64,000 bases of DNA from Prorocentrum cordatum (GCA_963575745.1 CAUYUJ010000160.1:1-64000); one strand, 5' to 3'; positions 17,719 to 36,899 are shown, numbered from the stretch's first letter. The notes: generated by a model not told the origin, from the sequence alone. Made by a program: numbers and translations.

Positions 17719-18954
17719 ATGAAGACCTTCCAGGTGACGGCCGCCGTGGCGCTGCTGCTGGTTGGCGCGGCCCCCGCCCAGGCGGCCGCCGACGGCCAGA
17801 ACCCACTGGGAAAGGTGTTGGAGCTGCTTGACTCCTTGTACGCTAAGGTGGCGTCCGCGGGCGACGCGGAGCAGAAGGCCTTCGTCGAGTACACCAACTG
17901 GTGCGACGATGCAGCGAGCAACAAGCGGAACGAGATCAAGACTGGTGAGTCGAAGAAGGGCGACCTCGAGGCCTCCATTGGCAAGCTGAGCAGCGACATC
18001 GCCGTGTCCGAAGGCAAGATCGAGGAGCTTGTGGCGAGCATCGCAACCCAGACCAAGGACTTGACCGACGCGACGGTCATCAGGAAGAAGGAGGCATCCG
18101 AGTTCGCTGCGAACGAGGCAGAGCTGATGGACGCGATCGACACGCTTGGCCGGGCCATCAGCATCATCTCGAAGGAGATGTCCAAGAACCCTGCGGCGTT
18201 TACCCAGGTAGACACCTCGAGCTTCAAGAACCTGATGAAGGGCCTCACGGCCATCATGGAGGCCGCCTCCTTCTCCGCAGCCAGCCAGCAGAGACTGACT
18301 GCGCTCGTGCAGGCCAGCCAGAGCTCCGAGAGCGAGGAGGATCCCATGGGCGCGCCCGCGGCGGTGGTCTACAAGACGCACTCCACCGACATCCTGGACC
18401 TGCTCGAGGACCTCAAGGAGAAGGCCGAGGAGGACCTGGCGGCCCTGCGCAAGGCCGAGACAAACACGAAGCAGAACTTCGAGATGCTGGAGCAGTCTCT
18501 CACCGATGCGAACACAAACGACAACAAAGACATGGCGGACGAGAAGGCGGCCAAGGAGGCAGCGGAGGAGGAGAAGGCGGCGGACACCAAGGACCTCGAG
18601 GTGACGGTCAGGGCCCTGGCGGATGCGAACTCCGTCTTGGAGAGCATCAAGAACGACTGCATGCAGGTGGCTGCGGACCACGAGGCGACCGTGGCCGGCC
18701 GGAACGCCGAGCTCAAGGCCATCGCGGACGCCAAGAAGATCCTGGAGGACACCACCTCCGGGGCCGTGACGCAGAGCTACAGCTTCGCGCAGCTCTCGTC
18801 CCGCCGCGCGCAGATGCGGACGTCCGTGGACCTCAAGAAGGCGGAGGTCATCACCGCAGTGCAGCAGCTGGCCAGGCAGTACCACTCCTCGGCCCTCGCG
18901 CAGCTCGCATCGCGCATGCAGGCGGTGGTGCGTCTCGGCGCTGCTGCCGGCGAG
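17719..18954 (+). CDS. Secreted coiled-coil protein, exon 1 (412 aa with signal peptide)
   Basis: MKTFQVTAAVALLLVGAAPAQA signal-like N-terminus, E/K/A-rich helical sequence, strong GC3 bias. Coding character ends at ...AAAGE, then gag|gacccc (GA donor). Confidence 0.9.
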
Positions 18955-19290
18955 GACCCCTCCCGTGATCGGAGGAGGGGGCGGAGAGGTTGGAGGGGGG
19001 AGGGGAGAGGCTCCTCCGGCTCCATGTTGCTCCCTTGCTCACTTTCCCAGCTGTCAATACGGACACCAGTATCATCATCCCAGCCAGCTGCCCAGCCCGA
19101 GTCGTGAGTCGAGAGCCCACACGCCTGCACGCCCCACGTTGGCCGGGTCCCCTCGCGAAGAGCGTGCGAGTCCTGCCAGAGGCCCCCCCCCGTGCCGCCC
19201 CGCACGCGGAGCACGGCGAGGGAGGGGAGCCCGCCGCTCGAGGGGAGGGTGCCCGAGGCCAGGGAGGGGACCTTTCGCAGGAGTGAGCTT

Positions 19291-19442
19291 AGGGGGCCAC
19301 GTGCGAACCCTGCCCCTGCCCCCCACGAGTTCTGAGGGGGAGGGTGGGGTTCGCTTCGTCCGCGAGCTCCCGAGCGAAGTGAACCCCACCCTCCCCCTCG
19401 GAAATCGTGGTGGGCAGGGGCAGGGTTCGCATGTGGCCCCCT
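19291..19442. mobile_element. Foldback/MITE with about 68-bp inverted arms, in intron 1
   Basis: 'agggggccacgtgcgaaccctgcccctgcc...gttcgcttcg' (19291-19358) pairs with 'cgaagtgaac...ggcaggggcagggttcgcatgtggccccct' (19376-19442). Confidence 0.8.
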
Positions 19443-19499
19443 GGACCTTTGGTGCGGGCACAGGTTCAAGCAGCGGCGAAGCGTCCCGGCTCGCCTATA

Positions 19500-19651
19500 G
19501 CCCTACCGAACAATGTTCTAAGAACCTCTTGTGGTTTCCACGGAATGTTCTTAGAACATTTCCGTTTTTTTGGCGGAGTCTATCTTGTTTGAACACATCG
19601 GGTTTATGTTATTGGAAACTTTTGGGCACTAAGAACATTTCGTGGTAGGAC
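19500..19651. mobile_element. MITE with imperfect TIRs and TA flanks (Tc1/mariner-like)
   Basis: ta|gccctaccgaacaatgttctaag ... ctaagaacatttcgtggtaggac|ta, with a central palindrome 'aatgttcttagaacatt'. Confidence 0.65.
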
Positions 19652-19842
19652 TAGATGAGTGCCGGGATGGTCGGTCCCTGCTCAACAGATGGGTCCCGAG
19701 ATGGCTGAAAACGAAGCATGTGCAGCTGCTTGCGCGCCCAGGCTTGGTCCCCCCGCGGCCCCCCAAAAAGCCGCGCACCAAAGGCCACTCTTACCCAGGG
19801 TCGCTCCTGCGTATAGCCGGAGGAAGGGCGGAAGGAAGGATC

Positions 19843-20021
19843 ACCACCTACCAGACCACCCCAACCCAACCCGAAGGCCTCAATTTGCCCTCCATTTCCA
19901 GTGGGACAGTGGGGGGGGTCGGGGAACGTCGAAAAAACACATGGAACCCGTTACCCCCCCAACCCGAAATTCGGGTCAAATTCGGGTCTTCGGGTTGGGT
20001 TGGGGTGGTTTGGTAGGTAGT
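19843..20021. mobile_element. MITE with about 45-bp terminal inverted repeats
   Basis: 'accacctaccagaccaccccaacccaacccgaagg' versus the reverse complement of 'tcttcgggttgggttggggtggtttggtaggtagt'. Confidence 0.8.
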
Positions 20022-20680
20022 CAAAGGGCAGGCGGAGGAGGGGAAGGGGCAGCAGGGCGCCCGCTGCTCAAGGCCGGAGGGCGGCGGGGCAGGAGCGGCG
20101 CGTGCGGCCCAGGGTTCGGGAGGGCTGCGTGGAGCGGACGGGGGAGGCGCCTGCCGCAGAAGACAGAGAGGGCACGACACCTGCTGCTCAGGAGGGGAAA
20201 AAACACACAGACACAAGCACTCGTCGACTCCCAGGAAACTCTGGGAAAATATATGGGAAGTGGGCGGGAAGACGACAACCCAGAAAAGATAGGAACATAT
20301 GGGGAATCCTGAAGTTTCTGTCTATTTATTTGTGTGTCCCAGGGCCCCTTCAACTACAGCCGACCCGCATAGTAGGGATGGACAACCTTCCCGAGGGTGC
20401 CTTTGCATCCTTGCCTCCTCGGTCCATCCTTTGCCACTTTCGTTCGCCGCGCCCCGGTCATCTCGACGGCCCGTTCTGCTGTTCGACCGATCCCCCCACA
20501 AGACAGGAGGGATGCAAGGATGGTAAGGCACCTAATGCAGAAGACAGAAGGGAAGGCACCTATTACTACCACAGCCGGGTCATCTCGACGGCCCTGTTGT
20601 TTCACCGTTCCCCCCGCAGGATCCTTTTGTGTGGCACAGCCGGAGTCATCTCGACGGCCCGGTTGTCCCAACCCCCGCAG

Positions 20681-20707
20681 GATCCTTTTGTGAAGGTGAA
20701 GGGGCTC
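20681..20707 (+). CDS. Secreted coiled-coil protein, micro-exon 2 (DPFVKVKGL)
   Basis: Preceded by ccccgcag| acceptor. Bridges GE (exon 1) and ITDLIAKLE (exon 3) and parallels the N-terminal NPLGKVLELLDSL. The 3' boundary is uncertain by a few nt. Confidence 0.8.
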
Positions 20708-22090
20708 ATGCGATGGCGCTGCCGCGCTCCTCCGCCACCTCGATAGGGGGGGGGCGTGGTTCCGCCACGTGCGGCAATCTAGGCCCTCTGGGATGGGGTC
20801 GAGCATCAAGGGGCGTTTTTCGTCTCCCTGCGGGGCAGGTTTTGGCGAGTTCCCCCGCCAGTCAAAAGCAGCGAGTGCTCTCGAGCGATGTGTGGCTGCT
20901 CTCGGCAAGCCTGCGCTCCACCAGGGGCCCCCAGACATACGCATGACACCACCGCAACAGCTTCATCAGTGGATTTCCCAGAATTTTCGCGGCACTCCAC
21001 GCTTTTTTTAAATTTTTATCTAATTTTTCATTTATGTATATACATATATGATATGTTTATATCTCTCTCTATGTACAGGTCTCGCCCTCTCTATTTCTTT
21101 TTCTTCGCCTTATGTCTTCAATGCGCATACTTTGCTCCAGCAATAGTTCAATAGTTCCCTCACGAGAGGAAACATTCGCAAGTGCGCCAGCGGCAATCTG
21201 TCATGTTATGCACGCGTGCTCAGCACTCACACAGTTACAACAATGACTCATACCATAGACGAAAACCTCCAGGTGACCGTGGGATGACGCCGCCCCAGCA
21301 TGATTTTAACATGGCTTCTGGATCGTCTCAGGCCGACTCCTAAGACGGCCCAGCCTGCGAGCAACGCGTTACCCTGAGATGGCAGGACGGCCACAAGATG
21401 GATCCAGGCACGCCCATAATGGCTCCAGAACGACCCGACGACGTCCGCGTGATCCAGTAAGGAGCCGGATCTGCTAGCATGATCATCGCAATACGACCAC
21501 CATAAGGCCCTAACGCGGCAGGGGCCCTGCAACTGTTCAGCCCCGTCTGATGTCCGGCCGAAGCCAGACTGGCAGGATCTGGTAACGCGTCGGGATTATG
21601 GTTTGCCCCGTGTTTCATGCGTGGAATCTTGCATCGGCCGAACGCAACGTACAGAATTCTAACACACGGACGAAGTCAGGCAGGGTCCCGCCCAGCCCAC
21701 GCGTGAAGGCTGCCCTGCTCGGCTTCCCAAGGCAAGGGTGGGGGGGCTCGGAAGGGGCGTCCATTATTTTCCCTATGCTCCGCGGGCCTTCCGACGGCTT
21801 TCCGCCGAATTCGGCCCCGTTTTACTGCCGCCGACTTCGCTGGCGAGCGCCGTGCTGATTATTTGAACAAGTTCTCCTTAAGACGATTCTTAGTGTCTGT
21901 TTCCTTGATCGGCTCTCACACCTAGCTCCGCACTGTATTGTCCCAGGCCTACTCTCAGCCAGACGATGTGCGTCTCTCTTTCTCTATATACATATTCATG
22001 TACTGATACACTGAGTACCTATCTCCCTCTCTCTCTCTCTCCCTCTCTCCCTCTCCCTCTGTCTCCTTGTCTCTCTGTCTCTCTCTCTCT

Positions 22091-22142
<52 letters not shown>

Positions 22143-22229
22143 ATATATATATATATAGATACACACATATTCATGTATTGATACACTGAGTGCCTATATA
22201 CAAGGAAAACTGACCCGGGACAACTCCGC

Positions 22230-22800
22230 GTGCGGCCGTGGAGGCAGGTTCCCAAGCGCCCCAGGAGGGCCCGAGACGGCCCCAGATGGCCCCAAGACGG
22301 CCACGATTGGCCTAGCATGGCCCGATGGGCCCAAGATGGCCACTCGAAGGCACAACGAGCTCTGCGGATGGCCCACGGGAGCCCGAAGACGACTCTCAAA
22401 AGGCCGCCGGGAGGCACAAATCATGTTTTTTCTTCAGGCGTCGGGGCCATTTTCGCATATTCGGATACTCAGTCTCCAGAGCGCTCGAGACGGCCGAAGA
22501 GGCCCCCGAGATCGCTCCAAGATAGCCCAATAGGCGCCCAAGAGGGCCCCAAGACGAGCCCAGGACGGCCCAAGCCAAGAGGGGTCCAAGACAGCCCCAA
22601 GACGCTCCAAGAGGGTCCCCAGTGGGGCTTCAGACGGCCCAAGAGGGCCCCAATGCATCCCAAGAGGGCCCCTAGACCGCCGCAGAACAGCTCCAAGAGG
22701 CCCCCAAGATAGTCCAGAAGGACTACGACGGCCCCAGAGGGCCCCAAGACGGCCCAGGTTTGAAAACGGCTTCAAGAGACCCGAAAAGGGCCCTTTCGGG
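22230..22800 (+). repeat. GGCCCCAAGA-rich repeat family member, opposite orientation to the copies at 31.8-38.1 kb
   Basis: Repeated ggccccaagag/acggcccaaga units. Confidence 0.75.
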
Positions 22801-22829
22801 ACCCTGCATTAGTGCGGCGACGGTCAGAA

Positions 22830-23985
22830 CATTTATAGGTATATGTATATGTATATGTCGATGCGTGTATGTATCTACATGTTTGCTTACATGTATATAT
22901 TTTTTTACACGCGTGTGTATATACAAATACACATATATACATATGTATGAACATGCTGATGGTATCGGTATATGTATTTACGCGTGCATATGTATATGCG
23001 GATGCATGTGCATAGGTCCAACGTGCATGCACACGTATATGTATAGGTGCTTATATATATATATATATATGAACGCGCACGTGTATACGTATATGTGAAC
23101 GTGTCTGATCATGTATATGTAGTTGTACACGTACATGTTTATATTTCGTGTTTATGTATATGTATGTGCACGTACATGTCCACACACATATCTATATATA
23201 CACACATATATATATACACGCATGCACATCATGCACATCTAAACGTATCTATTTATGTATATGAACAGTTATATGTATATGTATATGTATATGCTTGTGT
23301 ATGGTTTCTGGCGTATATATACATGTATGTGTACAGTACATATTTATATGCGTGTGTATGTATACATACACGTGCAGGTGTATGTCTGTATGTTTGTGTT
23401 TGTGTATACGTATATGTGTGTGTGTCGATGTGTATATGCATGCATGTGTACATGTGTATGCAAGTGCAACTGTATAGTCATATGTAGTTGTCTGTATATG
23501 CATATATGTACATTTATATGTCTGGTACGTATTATTTTGATGTGCATGTGCAGGTCTATGACACTTGTGTCGGTATATGCGCATACACGTACACATGCAT
23601 ATGTGTATGCATAGGTCTATGCATATATACATGTGCATCTACATGCAGATTTATGTGTACAGGTATATGTGGATGTACATGTGTATGTATATGTCTATGT
23701 GTATATACATGTGTACATGTTTACGCCTTTGCGTTTGAATACGTTAAGGTGCATGTCTATGTGCATGTGTATGCAACGTATCTGCTTGTGTATGTGTAAA
23801 TGTAGATGTGTATGTGTATGCATCTGCATTGATATCTGTAAGTGTATATATATATATGCACATGTGCATGTTTCTGTGCAAATATGGAGATATAAATGTA
23901 GTTGCATGTGTGTTTGTGTATGTGTATACTTATATATATATATATATGTGTATATGTATATATATATATATATGTGTTTGTATAT
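22830..23985. repeat. Degenerate alternating purine-pyrimidine (TA/TG/CA)n tract
   Basis: atatgtatatgcatgtgtac pattern over more than 1.1 kb. Confidence 0.9.
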
Positions 23986-24699
23986 GACCCCAGAGCCCCA
24001 AAACGGCCAAAGAGACCTCCAGCATCGTCCTACAGCGGTGTGATCCCGGCAACCTTCACGCCCTATTCATTGGTTTGACTTAGCGTTCCTTGTTCTCATC
24101 CGCGCGTGTCCACTTTCTTCGTCTCTCTTTCTCTCTCTATCTCTCTCTTCCCCTCTCTGTTCCTCTGTCTCTCTCTCTCTCTCTCCCTGTACTCTGTTTG
24201 CGCTTGCTTCCAGTTTGTCTGCGTACTGCATTGTTTCATATTTACCCTATTCTCTCAGCTCCACTCTGCTCTGCACTCTGGGGCATGTCCTCTTGATTCT
24301 CTACTACCCGCTCTCATTCTGACCGCGGTTGCAAACATTCGGGAATCTCGCATTCTTATCTACTCTCCACTATCTCTGCTCGGAAGTCCCTGACCCCTCT
24401 ACACATTACTATCAAAATCGAGTGGCACTTGGCCGCAACCAAGACCTCCCAAACCCCAGAAGCTGACACTGCCAGGAACCCCGGAACCCGGGAAACTGAC
24501 GCTGCGAGGAATGCTGGAACCGAAACCGGGAACCCGAAACCTGACACTGCTAGGAACGCCGGAACCGAAAGCCAGGAACCCGGGCGCCCTTGGGAACCCG
24601 GCCACCCACCGAAATGGATGCCGTACATTCGCCTACACTTTCTAGATCCGCTAGGACCCCTTCAGTGCAAGAGCTGACTGGGGAATGTTAGCCAGCGTG

Positions 24700-31800
<7,101 letters not shown>

Positions 31801-31804
31801 GACG

Positions 31805-33997
31805 TTTGTGTTTTTTTTTGGCCTCTTGGGGGCCTCTTGGGGCCTCTTGGGGGTCTCTTGGGGCCTCCTGGGGGCCTTTTGGGGCGGAAAGCTGTTTTTT
31901 TCGCTTCGTGGTCTCCCTCTTGGGCCCCTCTTGGGCTGGCCTTTGGGGCTCTCTTGGGGCCTTCTTGGGCTGTCTTGAGGCTCTTTTGGGCCGTCTTGGG
32001 GTCCTCTTGGGCCGTCTTGGGCCTGCTTGGGCCGTCTTGGAGGCCTCTTGGGCCGTCTTCGAGCGTCGGAAGCCCGAAAAGGTGAGAAAGCCAAAAACAT
32101 TGGAAAAACCAATGAGAATCAACGATTCTCGCCTTTTGGGGCCTCTTGGGAGGCCTCTTGGAAGCCTCTTGGGGCGTCTTGGAGGCATCTTGGGGCGTCT
32201 GGAGGCCATTTTGAGCGTCTTCGACCCCCCCCCCCCCCTCCAAATCGACCGGACCGGGTTCCCGGGGGAGGGGTTTGGGGAGGGGGAAGCATCTCACACG
32301 CCGATGATCTCCAAGGGGTCGTCTTCGAGGTTTCTTGGGCGCCTCTGGGCTTCCCAGAGCAAGCCCGGGGAGCCCGGATTCTCCCGGGTGAGCTCGTTCG
32401 GACCCGGGTGAGCTCGCTTGGGCCTGGGTGAGCTCGCTCGGGGCACCCCCTCCTCTCCAAATCGACTGGACCGGGCTCCCGGGGGAGGGGTTTGGGGAGG
32501 GGGAAGTATCTCACACGCCGATGATCCCCAAGGGGTCGGCGGATTCGGTCTCTGCGGCCGCCCCGTCCCCGCGCTGCCAGCGTCCTTCAGCCGGGGCGCG
32601 CACGCGCGCGGGGGCCCGGCCGCGTCGGCCGCAGAGGCGGACGCGAAGCCGTTGACGTGCGCGGCGTGCAAAGGCGCGTTCTCGGACACGAAACATTTGA
32701 AGCAGAAGCAAGTGGAACATCATCGAGCGGCGAAAGGAGCTAAAGTGATGTGCGTAAGCTGCGAGGAACTCGGGTTCACAGCGCGCAGTTGCCAGGTTTA
32801 TCAGTGCAGCGGCGCGTGCAAGAGAGGACTACCAAAGTCGGCGTTCCCCGACCCGCACAATGTCCCGCGCGACGCAAAGAAGGGCACCCTAAAGTGCAAG
32901 ACGTGCAAATGATGCCCAATCGGTTGCGCGTACTGGGCAGAACAAGGAGGACGGGAAGAGGAGGATGGGGGGTGAGGCGGAAAATGGGGGGGAAAAACTT
33001 CGGTGAGGATGAGCTGAAGCGGGGCAGGAAGAGGAGGAGGGGAACGAGGAGGAAGTGTAGGAGGAGGAGGAGGAGGAAGAGGAGGAGGAGGGGGACACTG
33101 AAATGAGGCTCCGGTCTATGGGGTTGGGCGCGATTCGAAAAACCGGTGTGTTTGGAGATGTCCGTTGGGATCTTGCGGGGGGGCTTCTTGCGGGCCTCTT
33201 GGAGCAGTTTCGAAGGCTCTTGGGGGCCGTTTTGGGGCCTCTTTGCGGCTTCTTGGGCGCCGCTTGGAACGTCTGGGGGGCCTCTTGGGGGGTTCTTGGG
33301 GCCTCTTTGGGGCCTCTTGGGGCCTCGTGGGGGCCTCTTGGGGCGTAAGGCTGGGTTTTCCTGTGCGTGGTCTCCCTCTGGAGCCCCTGTTGGGCCCGTC
33401 TCCGGGAGGTTCTTGGGCCGTCTTGGGCGGCTCTTGGGCCGTCTGGGGGCTCTCTTGGGCCGCCTTGGGCGGCTCTTGGGCCGTCTGGGGGCTCTCTTGG
33501 GCCATCTTGGGGGCGTCGTGGGGGCCTCTTGTGCCGTCTTGGAGCAGTCTTGGGAGCTTCTTGGGCTGTCTTGGAGCGTCGGAAGGCCGAACAGGCGAAA
33601 ATGACGAAAACATCGAAAACAACCAATGAAAATCAACGATTTTGGCCTCTTGGGCCGCTCCTCGGGGGCCTCTTGGAGGTCTCTTGGGGCGTCTTGGAGG
33701 TCTCTTCGGGCGCCTTGGAGCCCTCGTGGGGTGTCTTGGAAGCCTCTTGGGGCCTCTTGGGCGCTTCTTAGGGCGTCTAGGCGGTCTCTTGGGGCGTCTG
33801 GGGGCGTCTTGGAACGTCTGGGAGGCCTCTTGGGGCCTTCTAGGCCCGTTTTTGGGCCCTTTTGGGCCCGGAAGAGCGTCGTGAGTCGCTCGTGGTGGGC
33901 CCCCCCCCCCCTCCAAATGGACCGGACCGGGTTCCTGGGGGAGGGGTTTGGGAGGGGGAAGCATCTCACACGCCGATGACCCAAGGGGTCGGCGGAT
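31805..33997 (+). mobile_element. TCTTGGGGCC-rich elements ending in a conserved block of about 90 bp with a terminal hairpin
   Basis: Block 'ctccaaatcgaccggaccgggttcc...tctcacacgccgatgacccaaggggtcggcggatt' at about 32238, 32455 and 33911. T-runs flank the region and the host satellite resumes after 34000. Confidence 0.6.
32591..32912 (+). pseudogene. Orphan coding fragment with four Cys pairs (zinc-binding, Stc1-domain-like spacing)
   Basis: LTCAAC...VMCVSC...YQCSGAC..LPKSAF...LKCKTCK*. Candidate acceptor ccttcag at 32590. No start codon or upstream exon identified. Confidence 0.6.
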
Positions 33998-34167
33998 TTT
34001 TTGCAAAAGCATTTTCGCCACAGCAGGCGCGCGAGGGCGCCCGAACGATTTCGACATGCGCGCGCGAAGCCCGTTTGGTAGCATTTATGAAACGTTTGAG
34101 GAACCCATCGTTTTTTTTTTTTTTTTTGTTGTGTGTTTGTTTTTTATCTTTGTTTCTGGGTGTTTTT

Positions 34168-34221
<54 letters not shown>

Positions 34222-34751
34222 GCGCGCGCAATTTTTTCCCTGAAAATCCTCGTTGCGAAACCATGTGTTTATGTTTTTGGACATTCGTTTTCGATTTTTT
34301 CCGAAACCGCAGATTTCCCAAACGATTTCGGCATTCGCGCGCGCGACGTCGCGCGCGTGTGCACTTTGTGTTTTTTGTGCAAAGGATTCTTCTATGTGGT
34401 GTAAGCTATGTGGCCCTGTGCGGGGCGGCGGCGACGAGGTGGCCACGTCGACGACCAACGACGCGATCGACACCCGAGCGCAATGGAACGGCGACGGGCG
34501 GCGGCGATGGGCGGCGACGGCGACAACAAACGCGGCGACCGACATCCAGGCCCAGAAGCAGCGGCGACGGACGGCGGCGACAGGCGGCGACGGCGACAGC
34601 AAGCCAGCCAGACCGACACCCAAACCCCGTCCTTCTTAGACCAAGTAAGAACCGCTGAGTGCAAATTTTGTTTTGGGAGCATTCCCGTATTACGTATTAA
34701 GGATTTTGGGTGGACTTGGCCACGCCTCCCACCGCAAACGCGTGGTGCCGG

Positions 34752-35621
34752 ATCACGGACCTCATCGCCAAGCTGGAAGCGGAAGCTTCTGCGGCCGCCG
34801 AGGAGAAGGCGTATTGCGATGATCAGATCGCCAAGACCGAGGAAAAGAAGAGCGAGCTCGAGGAGGACATCTCTGCGCTCACTGCGAAGATCGACAAGGC
34901 CGTGGCGACGTCCACGTCCCTGAAGGCGGACGTGAAGGAGCTGCAGGGAGAGCTGGCCGCGCTGGCCAAGCTGCAGGCAGAGATGGACAAGATTCGCAGC
35001 GCGGAGAATGCAGCGTACACGAAGGCCAAAGCCGAGCTCACCCTCGGGCTGAGGGGCGTCCGCGATGCGCTTTCCGTGCTGCGAAGTTATTATGGCGGCG
35101 CGGCCTCGATGCTGCAGGGCGGCGCGGACGACTCGCAGCCCGCAAAACCCATCCTGCACTCGGCGGCCACGGGCGCCGGGAGCAGCATCGTCGGCATCCT
35201 GGAGGTCGTCGAGAGCGACTTCGCGACGAATTTGGCGCAGGAGGAGTCCGAGGAAGCCGATTCGCAGGCCGAGTACGACAAGGCCACGCAGGAGAACAAG
35301 GTGACCAACACCATGAAGTCCCAGGACGTTTTGTACAAGACGAAGGAGTTCAAGTCCCTCGACAAGAGCGTTGCGGACATGACGAGCGACCGCTCGGGCA
35401 AGGGCTCACAGCTCAAGGCCGTGCTGGAGTACTACGCCAAGGTGAAGGATCGCTGCATCGCCAAGCCCGAGAGCTACGAGGAGCGCAAGGCACGCCGCGA
35501 GGCTGAAATTGCGGGGCTCAAACAGGCGCTGTCGATCCTGGAGTCGGAGACCTCCCTGGTGCAGCTGCACACAAAGCGGCGCGGCAACAGGGCCACATCC
35601 CTCAGGGCTGCGTCGCTCTGA
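34752..35621 (+). CDS. Secreted coiled-coil protein, exon 3 (C-terminal 289 aa)
   Basis: ITDLIAKLEAEA...RAASL*. Same codon bias as exon 1 and paralogous to its motifs. The acceptor is non-canonical, so the start is approximate. Confidence 0.85.
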   Translation: MTDLIAKLEAEASAAAEEKAYCDDQIAKTEEKKSELEEDISALTAKIDKAVATSTSLKADVKELQGELAALAKLQAEMDKIRSAENAAYTKAKAELTLGLRGVRDALSVLRSYYGGAASMLQGGADDSQPAKPILHSAATGAGSSIVGILEVVESDFATNLAQEESEEADSQAEYDKATQENKVTNTMKSQDVLYKTKEFKSLDKSVADMTSDRSGKGSQLKAVLEYYAKVKDRCIAKPESYEERKARREAEIAGLKQALSILESETSLVQLHTKRRGNRATSLRAASL

Positions 35622-35852
35622 GAGCGCCGCGGCGCCCTGTTGCTCTCTTAGAAGAAACTCAGACCTGGGCTTCTATAGCAGATAGGGGTTAGGCATAGTA
35701 CGACGATGTGATGTGAGGAGGAGAACGAAGAAGGAAGGGGCTACCGCTGGTGAGGGATGATGAGGATTATGCTAAGGGGTGAGGAGGAGGAGGAGGAGGA
35801 GGAGGAGGAGGAGGAGGAGGAGGAGGAGCAGGAGGAAGAGGAAGAGGATTGC

Positions 35853-36417
35853 AATGCACCCTCCCTCCAAGTTCCCTTTTGACAGGTCCCTGCAAGGTTT
35901 CATTTCAATGAGGGAGCTGGCCCGTTGGAAGACAAACGTTTGAACATCTCGTACTGTGCCAGAACACCGTTCCTTGGACTTCAGCACAGCGAAGCACCGT
36001 AACTGTTGCGTGCTGACGATCCTGAATCGTGCCAGAGCGCCGTTCCTGGGACTTCAACACTGCGAATCAACGTACCTGTTGCGCCCTGACAGTCCGACAT
36101 CGTGCCAAATCACCACCTCTAGGACGCCAGTCATAATAATCCTTCAAACGGTGGTGAACTCTTAAGACGAATGTGCGCGGCGCTAAGGCGAGAGCCACAT
36201 TTTGAGAAGGCAGCGCCATCAATCCGTGATACTCTTGCAAACGTTTAAACGAATGCGCGCGGCGCTAGGGCGAGAACCACATATTGAAAACGGCCCGCCC
36301 TCCATCCGTGAAACTGTTGCAGATGTTCAGCTTAAGCATCATTAGTGGTGAGGATGTCTCACGCGAAACGCCCGGCCCGCCCTACCCACGCCTCGGGGTG
36401 CGACAGGGAGGAGTTAT
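35853..36417 (+). mobile_element. Dispersed repeat copy 2, with two internal units of about 82 bp
   Basis: Colinear with 6131-6945. Unit cores at 36169 and 36251. Also preceded by (GAG)n. Confidence 0.8.
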
Positions 36418-36899
36418 CCAATGTGGAGGATGATGATGATGAGGGGGAGGAGGAGGATGAGGAGAGAGCATGATGATAAGCAGGGTACCTGGCGTGACGA
36501 TACTGATAGCACTCTTCAGAATGCATGCCAACATCAGTGCACAGTTAGTTTCGGTTCATGTCGAGCTCTCCCGGACTCACCTCATCAAGGAGTTCCTGCA
36601 GAAAGGGGGATGAAGGAGCACGAGGATGAGAATTCAGAGGACGATTGTGAGTGTGATGAGGGCGATACCTATTTAATTGCTTCGCTCATTCCGCCGGCCC
36701 ATGATGAGGCACCGCGGTCGATTGGGCGAGAGGTCGTCGGCAGTGCGGAGCTGCAGGGGTCGGCGCATGTTTTTTTCTGAGGCGTTGCGTTCGGGATGGT
36801 GGTGTTGAAGCTGCCCCCGCGAAACAGCTTGCGGAGGCTTTGGGCGGGGATTGCGGAGCTTTAGGGTGCGAGGTGGAGGAGGCGAGAAGGAGGAGGTGC

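Noticed and set aside
17469..18885. Long minus-strand ORFs overlapping exon 1 (likewise 34392-35416 for exon 3)
   Set aside because: These are antisense shadows of a GC3-rich coding sequence.
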